Origin: a bacterium
GTDB taxonomy: Bacteria; UBA8248
DNA: 29,101 nucleotides
Direction of reading: 5' to 3'
Assembly (NCBI GenBank): GCA_965213685.1
Contig: CBDBZY010000039.1
Span: 1-29,101, forward strand
In this document: positions 8,808 through 19,200 of the stretch, piece by piece
Layout: each line of letters starts with the position of its first letter
Position numbering within the stretch: position 1 is the first letter of the stretch
Notes under the pieces: generated by a model
Database searches by the model: none
Seen by the model: only the letters and a program-made list of their open reading frames with translations
Told to the model about the DNA's origin: nothing
Made by a program: the position numbers and the translations under genes

Positions 8808-10280
8808 TCACAATGGCGGCAACGCCTTGTGGTGTGCCGTTGCGCTTTCGTATGCCGCCGCCGCCTGGAGAATCGTCTTCTCGCCAAACGGCTTTCCGAC
8901 CAGTTGCAGCCCGATCGGCAAACCCGTCGAGGTGAATCCGCAAGGCTGGCTGATGCCGGGAAGGCCGGCCAGATTGCAGGGTATGGTCAAGATGTCGGAG
9001 AGGTACATGCTGATGGGATCGGCCAGGCGTTCGCCGATCTCAAAGGCGGGGGTCGGCGCCGTGGCGGACAGGATGAGGTCGACGTTGTCGAACGCGGCCT
9101 GGAAATCCCGGCGAATGAGCGTCCGCACCCTCTGCGCCTTCGTGTAGTAGGCGTCGTAATAGCCGGAGGACAGGGCGTAGGTGCCCAGCATGATGCGGCG
9201 CTTCACCTCCTCGCCGAAGCCGTTTTCCCGGCTCGCCGCATACATGCCGAACAACGCGCCGTATCGCGAATCCCCCTCCCTGCGCGCGCCGAAGCGCACG
9301 CCGTCGTAGCGGGCGAGGTTGCTGCTCGCCTCGGCGGGGGCGAGGATGTAGTACACGGGCAGCGCATATTCGGTATGGGGCAGGGAGATGTCGAGAATTT
9401 CCGCCCCCTGCCCCGCCAGGAGGTCGGTCGCCTCCCGAACCGCGGCCTCCACCTCCGGGTCCATCCCCTCGATGAAATACTCCCGGGGAATGCCGATTTT
9501 CAGGCCGGCGACGCCATCCTCCAGGTTTTCCGTGTAATCGGGCACCGGCGCGTTCGCGGAAGTGGAGTCGCGCGGGTCGTGGCCGCTGACGGCGCCCAGC
9601 AAAATGGCCGCGTCCCGCACGTTGGTTGCGAGGGGGCCGATTTGGTCCAGCGAGCTGGCGAAGGCGATGAGCCCATACCGCGAGATTCGTCCGTATGTGG
9701 GCTTCATGCCCACGACGCCGCAGCAGGCGGCCGGCTGGCGTATGGAGCCCCCGGTGTCCGATCCGAGGGAGACGGCACAAGAGCGCGCCGCCACCGCGGC
9801 GGCCGACCCGCCGCTGCTGCCTCCCGGAATGGTCGTCAACCTCCACGGATTGCGGGTCGGTCCAAACGCGCTTTGCTCGCAGGATGACCCCATGGCGAAC
9901 TCGTCCATGTTCAGCTTGCCGAGTATGACCGCGCCCGCCTCCTTGAGCTTCGCCACGGCGGTGGCGTCGTAGGGTGCCTCGAAATTCTCCAGGAACCGCG
10001 AAGCGCAAGTGGTTCTGACGCCTCGCATGCAGAGGAGGTCTTTCGCGGCCACGGGCACGCCCAGAAGGGGCGAATCATGATCTCCCGCACGAATCTTCTC
10101 GTCAGCGGCGCGCGCGGCCCGTATGGCTTCGTTCTCGAGAACGCTCAGGTAGGCGCGTACCCGCTCCTCCGTTTCATCGATGCGCTCGAGATACGCCCCG
10201 GTCAACTCCTCCGCGCTGAACTCCCCGGCGCGCAACTTCTCTCCGATTTCCGTGACGCTCAAAAGAAGCAGCTCGTTCAT
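8808..10280 (-). CDS. gatA: Asp/Glu-tRNA amidotransferase subunit A
   Basis: [69 protein letters not shown]. Start MNELLL follows a GGGAG RBS. Confidence 0.97.
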   Translation of the reverse strand: MNELLLLSVTEIGEKLRAGEFSAEELTGAYLERIDETEERVRAYLSVLENEAIRAARAADEKIRAGDHDSPLLGVPVAAKDLLCMRGVRTTCASRFLENFEAPYDATAVAKLKEAGAVILGKLNMDEFAMGSSCEQSAFGPTRNPWRLTTIPGGSSGGSAAAVAARSCAVSLGSDTGGSIRQPAACCGVVGMKPTYGRISRYGLIAFASSLDQIGPLATNVRDAAILLGAVSGHDPRDSTSANAPVPDYTENLEDGVAGLKIGIPREYFIEGMDPEVEAAVREATDLLAGQGAEILDISLPHTEYALPVYYILAPAEASSNLARYDGVRFGARREGDSRYGALFGMYAASRENGFGEEVKRRIMLGTYALSSGYYDAYYTKAQRVRTLIRRDFQAAFDNVDLILSATAPTPAFEIGERLADPISMYLSDILTIPCNLAGLPGISQPCGFTSTGLPIGLQLVGKPFGEKTILQAAAAYESATAHHKALPPL

Positions 10281-10301
10281 TCGCACTCCCTGGTGGTATG
10301 C

Positions 10302-10411
10302 CCACGCACGATCGCAGGCTCCCAAGAAAACCCCAATTGGCCCGTCGTGGGTGGGGGTCCCGCCGTGGAGGTAGTCCACGCACGCTCGCCGGCTCCCAAG
10401 GAAACCCCAAT
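10302..10411. repeat. Imperfect direct repeat, two 36-nt copies (33/36 identical), period 74 nt, just upstream of gatA
   Basis: ccacgcacgatcgcaggctcccaagaaaaccccaat (10302-10337) versus ccacgcacgctcgccggctcccaaggaaaccccaat (10376-10411). Flanks are also partly similar (tggNggta on the left, ggcccgtc on the right). Confidence 0.85.
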
Positions 10412-10579
10412 AGCGGCCGGCCCGTCAAACCCCGCAGTCGGCAAAGATTTCGGCGACCGGCATAGGAGCCGTCAGGCGGCCCGCTCCGGCCGTGCGCGCG
10501 ATGCCGGGGGCCGCGCCGGGGAAAGGCGCCGCCCCGTCCTTGCGAGCCGGCGCGATATGTGGCGGGAACGGGCGATGGC

Positions 10580-11332
10580 CTAGGGGCGTCGAAGCAGAAA
10601 GGTGGTGTAATGCAGCAGCTGCTTTCCGCCGCCCTCATGGTACATCTCCAGGTCCCGCTGCCAGCTGTCCAGCACCTCCTGGGCCGCCGCCGAGTCCGCG
10701 TATTCCCGGCGATTCTCGATGATGGAGCGGGCCTGGGGTGCCAGGAAACTCTCCCAGGCGCTCTGCGTTTCGCGCTCTGCGAGCGCGACGTCGTATCCCT
10801 GTTCGACGCAGCGGCCCCAGAAGTCTTCCGCGTCGAGCGGCTCGCAGGGAAGATAGCCGTCGAGCCACCTCGTCAGCCGTTCGGGGGGGACGTTTGCATC
10901 GTCCGGGCTCCAGACCAGGTCGGAATACGCAATCCACCCCCGGGGTTTTACGAGCCGGGTTATGTCCTCCAGGCGGTCTATGGTGTCGGACGGGTGCGCA
11001 GGTCCGCCCAGAAGCGCCAAATCAAAATAGCCGTCGTCAAAGGGGAGCGCACCGCCCGCATGAACCAGCAAGTCGATGAGGTGGGCCATATCCTCCAGGA
11101 GAACCCGCCTCTTGCCGTCTTCCACGAACTCCGGGCGCGGGTCCAGGCCGATGGAGGAGCAGCCGAACGCCCGCGCGAGTGCGATGACGCTCCCCGCCTT
11201 GCCGCACGAGGCGTCCAGGATCAGAGAGTCTTCCGACAAGCCGATGTGGCGGCCAATCTTCTGGAGGGTGTTTTCCGAGATGGGAGCAAGAAAATGGTTA
11301 TGTTTGAAGCGCTCGAACAGGTCGGGTTCCAT
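10580..11332 (-). CDS. Class I SAM-dependent methyltransferase
   Basis: Motif I-like ILDASCGKAG, IGLD, LPFDDGYFDL, LVKPRGWIAYSD. Confidence 0.8.
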   Translation of the reverse strand: MEPDLFERFKHNHFLAPISENTLQKIGRHIGLSEDSLILDASCGKAGSVIALARAFGCSSIGLDPRPEFVEDGKRRVLLEDMAHLIDLLVHAGGALPFDDGYFDLALLGGPAHPSDTIDRLEDITRLVKPRGWIAYSDLVWSPDDANVPPERLTRWLDGYLPCEPLDAEDFWGRCVEQGYDVALAERETQSAWESFLAPQARSIIENRREYADSAAAQEVLDSWQRDLEMYHEGGGKQLLHYTTFLLRRP

Positions 11333-11353
11333 GAAGCGAATCGGCCGTTGGTC

Positions 11354-11461
11354 CTAAAAGATGGAAAGGCCGATGAGGTCGAGCATCAAAATGATGGTGC
11401 TCAATCCCAGAATTCCGCCGATGACGAGAGCAAGCAATCCGAAAAGCTTTCCGTACACCAT
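11354..11461 (-). CDS. Small 35-aa single-pass membrane protein (below the ORF-track cutoff)
   Basis: MVYGKLFGLLALVIGGILGLSTIILMLDLIGLSIF*. GGGAG about 10 nt upstream; fills the gap between the cyclase and methyltransferase genes on the same strand. Confidence 0.6.
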   Translation of the reverse strand: MVYGKLFGLLALVIGGILGLSTIILMLDLIGLSIF

Positions 11462-11494
11462 GCTATGGTTTCTCCCGAGGATGAAGAACAAACC

Positions 11495-12418
11495 CTATTT
11501 CTTCTTTCCTTTTCCCTTCCTGGGCGCGTTGGCAGGCTGGGATTTGCTGATTTGCATGAATACCTTGCCGTCCTTGAAGACGGACACGCTTCCCGTGGAT
11601 TCGCTGATGGCGAATGAAATGGTGGTGCTCACCTCCGTTATGCCCGCCGCGGCCATGTGGCGCGACCCCAGGCCGGGAGGCAGGTCATTGTCGGGCGCCG
11701 CGTTCAGGTGTCTGCCGGCGGCCTCGATGACCCCGTCCCCCCGAATGACGAACGCGCCGTCGATGGCGCTGAATTCCTTGATGGTCTCGCGGAGGGCGGG
11801 GTCCAGGATGTTCCTTTGCTCCTCCGGGTATCCATGAAAGGGGTTTATCACGATTTGTCGGGAATACTGAAGCACCAGATCATGGTCGCCCAAAACGAAA
11901 AGCGCCCCGCGCGGCCTCCCCTCCCTCCCCTCGGCGCCCAGCTCCAGGGCGAGCGACAGGACGGTTTCAAACACTTTCGGGTCCACGCCCTCGACGGCGC
12001 TTCGCGTCTCCGATGTCTGGATCATCTCCTTCTCATGCGCGAGGTGAAAGACCATCAGGGTGTCGATCTCCTCGTTTTCCGGCAAGCCGGAGAGGCAGAC
12101 CACCGTGTCGTCCTGCGCGATGGATCCCTCGCTCAGCGCGATGACGACCCCCATCTTGATGATGTCGATTCGGTTCAGGGACAGGGCGGGCAACTGCATC
12201 GCCTTGCAATCCCGCTTTTCCAGCTCCTCATGGAGGCGGGGAGAACAGGTGGTGGCGAAACGCTCGACTCCCATCGGAAGATCCGACAAGGCGTCGAGGT
12301 CCCGCAGGGCGTCGGCGTGAATGAAAATGGCCTTGGCGTCCAGCGCATGGCAAATTTGCGCGGCCGCGGCGATCATGCTTTCGCTGAGTCCGACCTGCTT
12401 CTCGGTTGTGTTCGCCAC
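11495..12418 (-). CDS. Diadenylate cyclase (DAC/DisA_N domain, DacZ-like architecture with soluble N-terminal domain)
   Basis: EGREGRPRGALFVLGD, INPFHGY, IKEFSAIDGAF (DGA motif), GLGSRHMAAAGIT (RHR-equivalent), ISESTGSVSVFKDG. GTG start. Confidence 0.9.
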   Translation of the reverse strand: MANTTEKQVGLSESMIAAAAQICHALDAKAIFIHADALRDLDALSDLPMGVERFATTCSPRLHEELEKRDCKAMQLPALSLNRIDIIKMGVVIALSEGSIAQDDTVVCLSGLPENEEIDTLMVFHLAHEKEMIQTSETRSAVEGVDPKVFETVLSLALELGAEGREGRPRGALFVLGDHDLVLQYSRQIVINPFHGYPEEQRNILDPALRETIKEFSAIDGAFVIRGDGVIEAAGRHLNAAPDNDLPPGLGSRHMAAAGITEVSTTISFAISESTGSVSVFKDGKVFMQISKSQPANAPRKGKGKKK

Positions 12419-12420
12419 CG

Positions 12421-13899
12421 CTATCCCTTCCTTTCCAGTGCCACATAGAATGTCGCGCCCTGCCGCTCGATGACGAGCAGATTCCCCTGGTCCGTCTCCT
12501 TTTTGAGCGCCGCCCGCAGCTGATCTGCGTTGGCGACCGCCTTGCGATTCGCCTCAATGATGACGTCGCCGCGCCGCAGGCCGGCCGCGGCCGCCGGCGA
12601 ATCCGGCAACACGCCGGATATCACAACGCCCGTTTTCGTTTTTGCCCCGATTTGCTTTCTGATCTCGGGCGTCAGGTTTTGCGCCTCGATGCCCAGTTTT
12701 TCCTGGAGCGCAGGCTTCGACGCCTTCGCCAGCGGCTTCGCTCCGGGCAGCGTCCCCACCTTTAGCTGGACGCTGCGTTGCTTCCCGTCCCGAATGACGC
12801 CGATTTTCACGAGGGAGCCCGGCGCGAGATCAGCCGCCTTGAGGGAGAGCTCTCGGGGGTTTTCTATGTTCTCATCATCCAGGCGGACGATGACGTCTCC
12901 CCGCCGGACGCCGGCTTTTTTCGCGGGCCCGCCTTCCACCAAATCAGAGACGAGGGCGCCGCGGGCTTCTCGCAATCCCAGCTCTTTCGCCAGGCTTTCG
13001 TTGACGGGTTGGATGGATACGCCCAGAAATCCGCGGGTCACGACTCCTTTGCGCAGCTGGGGGATGAGCTTCTTGGCCATGTTGATCGGGATGGCGAAGC
13101 CGATGCCGATGTTCCCGCCGCTTTTGCTGAAGATGGCGGTGTTGATTCCCACGACGTTGCCCTTCAAATCGAACAGGGGCCCGCCGCTGTTCCCCGGGTT
13201 GATGGAGGCGTCGGTTTGAATGAAGTTGTCGAAGCGGCCCGAGCCGATGACGCGCCCTTTGGCGCTGACGATTCCCGTGGTGACCGTGTGCGACAACCCG
13301 AAGGGGTTTCCGATGGCCACCACCCAGTCGCCCACGCGGAGCTTTGCGCTGTCGCCGAGCTGCGCCGTGGCGAAGGCGTCCCCGGGTTTCGTCTCCACCT
13401 GGAGCAGCGCGATGTCCGTTTGGGGGTCGCGGCCCACGACCTTCGCCTTCCGCTTCCTTTTGTCCTGGAAGCGAACCGTGATCTTCCTGGCGTTTTCGAT
13501 GACGTGATTGTTCGTCACGATAAGCCCGCTGCCCGCTATGATGAAGCCCGATCCCAGGCTCGAGGTTTGCCGGCGCCTGGGTCGCGGCCGCAGGCCGCCC
13601 CTGGGCCCGGGGGCAAAGGGGCCCTCATAAAAACGCTTGAAAAACTCGTTCCACAAATCGCCGGGGATGCCCGGCGCAGCACCTCCGGGGCTTGCCCCCG
13701 TCTCCACTTCCGTGCTGATGTTCACCACGGCGGGACTCAGTTTTTCGGCGAGGCCGGCGAGGGAGGGCAGCTCGCCCGCCCTCATGGCGGATTGCGCACC
13801 CCCCGGGGCGAAGAGGACGGGGAGACCAAGCAACATCATGGCGAGGGCGAAAGTCGGTCTCATCCGCTGGGATTTTGAGAGATGGCGAGCGTCCCGCAT
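12421..13899 (-). CDS. htrA: HtrA/DegP-family periplasmic serine protease with two PDZ domains
   Basis: GSGFII, TNNHVI, DIALL, IQTDASINPGNSGGPL; two PDZ repeats; signal peptide. Start chosen after the GGAGAAGG RBS; 13863 is an alternative. Confidence 0.95.
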   Translation of the reverse strand: MRDARHLSKSQRMRPTFALAMMLLGLPVLFAPGGAQSAMRAGELPSLAGLAEKLSPAVVNISTEVETGASPGGAAPGIPGDLWNEFFKRFYEGPFAPGPRGGLRPRPRRRQTSSLGSGFIIAGSGLIVTNNHVIENARKITVRFQDKRKRKAKVVGRDPQTDIALLQVETKPGDAFATAQLGDSAKLRVGDWVVAIGNPFGLSHTVTTGIVSAKGRVIGSGRFDNFIQTDASINPGNSGGPLFDLKGNVVGINTAIFSKSGGNIGIGFAIPINMAKKLIPQLRKGVVTRGFLGVSIQPVNESLAKELGLREARGALVSDLVEGGPAKKAGVRRGDVIVRLDDENIENPRELSLKAADLAPGSLVKIGVIRDGKQRSVQLKVGTLPGAKPLAKASKPALQEKLGIEAQNLTPEIRKQIGAKTKTGVVISGVLPDSPAAAAGLRRGDVIIEANRKAVANADQLRAALKKETDQGNLLVIERQGATFYVALERKG

Positions 13900-14204
13900 T
13901 TTCCTTCTCCATACGTCCGATACCATGGCGGCGATGAACAACACCTCACTGATTTAGATATACCAAAGTTCCGTTCACAGGAAAATGGGAAAATGGGGGA
14001 GAGGGGGCCGGAGAACGCTTCGCGCGATGCCTGGATGGGGGGTTTTGCGCGGCGTGCGCGGCAAAGACGCCGTTTTCGGGCTGCTCGCATCGACCGGGCT
14101 GCGCGCATCGACGCGAGGGCGGCGGGGGGATATGCTCTCCGTCGCCCCCGACCAAACGGGAATGACGCACGGCGACGCCCGGAGTTTCCTGAACTGATGC
14201 GCAC

Positions 14205-15080
14205 ATGACCCTCGAGACCCAGACCATCGCACTCGCCATTTCGGCGGCTTTTGTGAGTGCGGCGACAAACATCACCTTTGCGCCCGCTTTGCGGCAGATG
14301 GGCTCCTTCGCCCTGGTGCAGTGGAACAATATCGGCAACGCCCTGATGCTGGGCGCCATCGGATTCTGGATGTACGCACCCGGCAGCTTCCGCTGGGAGG
14401 CCTTCGCCTGGTTCAGCGTTCTGGGCGTGATGAACTACAGCATCAACCGCTGGGTGTTCTATACCGGCATGAACGCCGTGGGCCCGTCTCGCCACATCAC
14501 CATCACGGGCATGGGACCGCTTCCCAGCTTGTTGTTGGCGGTCGTTTTTCTGGGAGAGGAGCCCGGGCGCCTGGTGTTGCTCGGGACGGTCCTCGTCGTT
14601 CTGGGCGTCGCGGCGGTGAGCTACGAGCCCTCCGGGGGCAGATGGTTCCGCGCGGGGGTCGGCTGGTCGCTCGCGAGCATGCTCATGCTCGTGGCCAGCG
14701 CCTTCATGAGAAAACAGGGCATGTCCTATATGGCGGCGCCCGCCCTGCTCACCGCCTGGTCGGCCCTGGTGGCCATCCCCACCTCCGAGGCGCTGCGCCG
14801 CTTTCTGCCCAAGCGGTATTTTGAATGGGGGTCGAGGCGGTATGTGCCGCTGCTGATCTTCGGAACGACGATAAACGGGCTGATGCAGATTCTCATCAAC
14901 CTTGCCCTCCAGGGGAAGCTCTCCCTGGCGGTGCCCATTCTGAGCAGCACCCCGATTTTCGCCCTCTCCCTCTCCGCGCTGTTCCTGCGGGATATCGAAC
15001 GCCTCGGCATGCGCGTGGTGCTGGGCATCTGCATCGCGGTGGCGGGCATCGTGGCGGTGAGCGTCGGCCGGCACGGCTAG
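14205..15080 (+). CDS. EamA/DMT-family transporter
   Basis: About 10 hydrophobic segments in two repeats; P..LLLAVVFLGE and TPIFAL.LS.LFLR motifs. Confidence 0.85.
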   Translation: MTLETQTIALAISAAFVSAATNITFAPALRQMGSFALVQWNNIGNALMLGAIGFWMYAPGSFRWEAFAWFSVLGVMNYSINRWVFYTGMNAVGPSRHITITGMGPLPSLLLAVVFLGEEPGRLVLLGTVLVVLGVAAVSYEPSGGRWFRAGVGWSLASMLMLVASAFMRKQGMSYMAAPALLTAWSALVAIPTSEALRRFLPKRYFEWGSRRYVPLLIFGTTINGLMQILINLALQGKLSLAVPILSSTPIFALSLSALFLRDIERLGMRVVLGICIAVAGIVAVSVGRHG

Positions 15081-15126
15081 GGCGACGGCGCCCCGGCGTC
15101 GTTTTGCGCAAAGGAGAGATCTGCTC

Positions 15127-16000
15127 GTGGTGGACAACGCGACGGGGATTCTCTGGGCACTGGCCGCCGCGCTCATGGCGGCGTTCACCGGGCGTTCTCG
15201 CCGCGCGCCCCCTGCGGCGCATGGGCCTGATGTCCGCCACCCTGCTCACCAACGTGTTCAACATGCTCGTCCTGGGGCTTTGCGGCTGGTGGGAATACGA
15301 GCCGGGCGACATCACCCTCGAGGGGATGCTGTGGTTCGCCCTTCTGGGGGTGAGCGCCTACAGCTATGGGCGGCTCGTGTATTACAAGGCGATTGACGCC
15401 ATCGGCCCGCCCAGGCTCATGACGCTCATGAGCGCCTCCCCCCTGCTCACCTTGCTGCTGGCCGTCCTCTTTCTGGGGGAGGAGCCGGCGCCAGCCGTTC
15501 TGGGGGGCACGGGCCTCGTCGTCCTGGGCGTCGTCCTGGTGAGCTACGAACCCGGCCGGGGCCGCTGGTTTCAGCCGCAGATTCTGTGGGGCTTCGCCAG
15601 CGCGCTATCCCTGGGGGTGAGCGTGTTCATCCGCAAGAAAGGCCTGGCCGCCATGCCGAACATCGGCCTCACCGTCGCCTGGTCGAACATGGTGAGCATC
15701 CCCATCATCTATGGCCTGAAGTGCGTCGCCCCGCCCAGGTTCTTCGATTGGGGGCCGCGCTGGGCGGTGGCGACCATCATCGCCGTGGGCGTGCTGAACT
15801 CGGGCAATCAACTGTTGTACAACCTCGCCATCATCCACGCCGACGTCAGCGTGGTCGCGCCCATCATCGCCTCCATGCCCATATTCTCCGTGGTCTTCAC
15901 CTCCCTCATGCTGCGCGACATGACGCGGGTGCGGCCCAGGCTGGTTCTGGGCGTGTGCGCGACGGCCGCCGGCATGGGCGCCATCGCCCTGGGACGCTGA
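15127..16000 (+). CDS. EamA/DMT-family transporter, paralogue of the upstream gene; apparent +1 frameshift at GGG 15190-15192
   Basis: N terminus MVDNATGILWALAAALMAAFT joins GVLAARPLRRMGL...SPLLTLLLAVLFLGEEP if one G is removed; AAGGAG RBS upstream. Confidence 0.8.
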
Positions 16001-16039
16001 GGGAGCCCGGCCCACGCGGAGGCGGGGAGACGTCGGATG

Positions 16040-16068
16040 GTGAACCCGGCACCGGATGGGGTTATACT
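16040..16068 (+). promoter_or_regulatory. Possible promoter for the restriction-modification gene
   Basis: GTGAAC, 17-nt spacer, TATACT, within a very GC-rich intergenic region. Confidence 0.3.
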
Positions 16069-16203
16069 GCCTGCGCAGGCGCCGCGGGCTGGCGCGTAAG
16101 GCGGCCCGTGCCGCCGCGTCTCACTTCGGGGAGGGTCGCGCGTGCGGGAGAACGAGGCGGGGGGTTCGCTGGCGTCGCGCGCCGTTCGCGGGAAGCCCCG
16201 GAC

Positions 16204-19200
16204 GTGAGGGACGACGGCCCTTGGGAGGGGAGCCTTTTCACGGCTGATTTCCTCGCGGAGGCCATCGCCGAGCTGGACGAGTACGCAGCCCTGGACGATG
16301 CGGCGCTCAACGCTCTCGAAAGCGCGTTGCGGGCGCGCTTCGACGCCTTCCCGGCGGACGGTTCGCCCAACGAGAGCCAGACGGAAGACGACCTCATCTG
16401 GCCCGTTCTCGAGCGCCTCGGGTGGGGGGCGTACCTTCGGCAGCAGAATCTCTCCGCCGATGGCAGGCGGGACGTGCCCGACGGCCTCCTGTTCGCGGAT
16501 GAGGAGGCGAAGGCCCGCGCCAACGACCTGCCCGAGGGAGCGAGGCGTTACGAGCTCGGCCTCGCCCTGGTGGAGTCCAAACGCTGGGGGCATCTGCTGG
16601 ACAGGCGAGCCGGGAGCGAGGAAGACGCCGCTTCTCCACAGTTGCCTCTCCGCTTTGCGGGGGGAGGGGGGGGGAGCCGCCTTGTCCGTGAGACCGCACC
16701 CTCCACCCAGATGCTCCGCTATCTCCGGCGCGCGGACGATTTGACGCAAGGCGGGCTGCGCTGGGGCATTCTCACCAACGGCGCGCACTGGCGCCTCTAT
16801 TTCTCCGGAGCCCGCTCGGTCTCCGAGCAGTTCTTCGGGGCCGACCTCGCGCGAATCCTGAATCCGCCCGGCTGTGCGGACGCCCGCCGCCACTGGCTCC
16901 GGGTGTTCGCCCTCCTGTTCGGGCGCGAGGCGTTTCTTCCCGGCCCCGGGGAGTCGCGCACGTTTCACCAGCGCGCCATCGAGGAGGGGAGGCGCTACGA
17001 AGAGCGCGTCGCCGACGATCTGCGGCAGCTCATCTTCCAGGAAATCTTTCCGGAGCTGGCGAGCGCCATCGCCGCCGCCGCACCCCGCGCGCCCCTGCCC
17101 GAGGTGCGCGAGGCCGCCCTGGTCGTCCTGTATCGCCTCTTGTTCATCCTCTACGCCGAGGATCGGGGCCTGCTGCCTGTGCGCGATGAACGCTATGACG
17201 ACTACAGCCTGCGCAACAAGGTGCGCGACGACGTGGGACGGCGCAAGGACAGCCGGGACGCCTTCTCGGCAAGTGCGCCCAACTACTGGTCGGCGTTCGA
17301 CAATCTTTGCCGGCTGATTGACGAGGGCGACGCCTCCATCGGGCTTCCGCCCTACAACGGCGGGCTGTTCGACCCTGAGCGCGCACCGCTTGTCGGGCGC
17401 GTCCGGCTCGACGATCAGATCATGGCGAACGTCGTCGACGTCCTCTCCTTCGAGAAGGCCTCCGAGGGCCGCCGCTACATCAACTACCGCGACCTCGGGG
17501 TGCAGCAGCTCGGCTCGATCTACGAGCGCCTTCTCGAGTACGAGCTCGTCCGCGACGGCGCGGAGATCGCCGTTCGCCCCAAAGCCTTCGCCCGAAAGGA
17601 TTCGGGCAGCTACTACACGTCGGACGATCTGGTCGGCCTCATCATCGAGGAGACGGTCGGGCCGCTCGTCCAAGCGCGGCTGGAAGCCTTTAATAGCAAA
17701 GTACGAGCAAAGCAAGGGCTTCGGTTACAGGGGGATGCGGGGATGGAGGCGCTGAGGGCGCTCGACCCGGCGGAGAGGATACTGGAGCTGAGAATCTGCG
17801 ACCCCGCCATGGGTTCCGGGCACTTTCTGGTGAACCTCGTGGACTGGCTCGCCGACCGCGTCATCGAGGCGGTGGCCGAGGCGGAAGCCGCCGCCTATGG
17901 CTACCTCTCCCCGCTGACGGAGCGGATCGAGAAAATCCGCAAGACGATCACCCGCAACGCGGAGGAGGGGAGATGGCGCGTGGATGCGGCCCAGCTCGAC
18001 GACCGCCACATCGTCCGCCGCATGGTGCTCAAGCGCTGCGTCCACGGGGTGGACAAGAATCCCATGGCGGTGGAGCTCGCCAAGGTCGCCCTCTGGCTGC
18101 ACACCTTCACTGTGGGCGCGCCCCTCGGCTTTCTGGATCACCACCTGCGCTGCGGCGACAGCCTGTTCGGCGCCTGGGTGCGGCGGGCGATCGACCGCGC
18201 GGAAACCCCGCTCTTCCTGCGCGAACCCGTGCGGCGGGCGATGGCCGCCGCTGCCCCCATGCGGGAGGTCGAGAGGATGACGGACGCCGAAATCGCCGAA
18301 GCGCACGAATCCGCCGCGCGCTTCACAGAGGCGGAGGAAGGCACAAGGCCGCTCGCCGCCTTTCTCTCCCTCCTCCACGCCATCGAATGGCTGAACGTTC
18401 GGAACAGGGAGGATGCGGCCGCGCTGCATGATTTTTTCAACGGTTCGTTCGGCGATCCGGTCGGGGTCGCCATGGGCGCAGCCCCGGAAAACCCGGAGAA
18501 CCCGAAAGGCGCGCGGGGAGCGCGGCGCCTCGCCGCACTCCTGGAACGGGCGCGGACGCTCATGGAGGAGGAGCGTTTTCTCCACTGGCAGGCGGCCTTT
18601 CCGGGCGTGTGGACGGCGTGGGAGCGTCCGGAGCGCACGGGCGGCTTCGACGCCGTCATCGGCAACCCGCCTTGGGACAGGGTGAAACTGCAGCAGGTGG
18701 AGTGGTTCTCCGCCCGCCGGCCCGAAATCGCCGGGGCACAGCGCGCCGCCGACCGCAAGCGGATGATCGCCGATCTCGCCCGCGCGGAGGATCCCCTCGC
18801 CGGGGAGTTCGCCGAGGCCAGCGAGCGGGCAGCGGCCGCCGTGCGCGTGGCGCGAACATGCGGCGACTATCCGCTGCTCTCGGGCGGCGACGTGAACCTC
18901 TACGCGCTGTTCGTCGAGCGGGCGATGGCGCTCGTCAAACCGGACGGCATGGTCGGCCTCCTCGTCCCCTCCGGCATCGCCTCGGACAAGACGGCGGCAC
19001 GCTTCTTCCGGGGCGTCGCGACGGAGGGCCGGCTGAGGGCGTTGTATGATTTCGAGAACCAGCGCACCCGCCACGGCCTGCCGCCCTTCTTCCCGGACGT
19101 GGCCAGCCGCTTCAAGTTCTGTGCCTTCGTCGCCAGCCCGCAGCCGGCGTCCGACCCCGCACGGTGCGCCTTCTTCCTGCAGGACGTGGCGGAACGCGAA

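Noticed and set aside
10302-10411. 36-nt repeats with a 38-nt gap read as a minimal CRISPR array
   Set aside because: Only two copies, three mismatches, similarity extends into the supposed spacer and flanks, and there are no cas genes or AT-rich leader.
15586-16203. 1578-aa version of the RM protein given by the ORF track
   Set aside because: The first ~206 codons overlap the EamA gene in another frame and GC-rich intergenic DNA; recognisable RM sequence starts near 16204.
18484-18507. 9-nt tandem repeat encoding PENPENPK in the RM gene
   Set aside because: Short, imperfect and in frame; most likely a variable linker.
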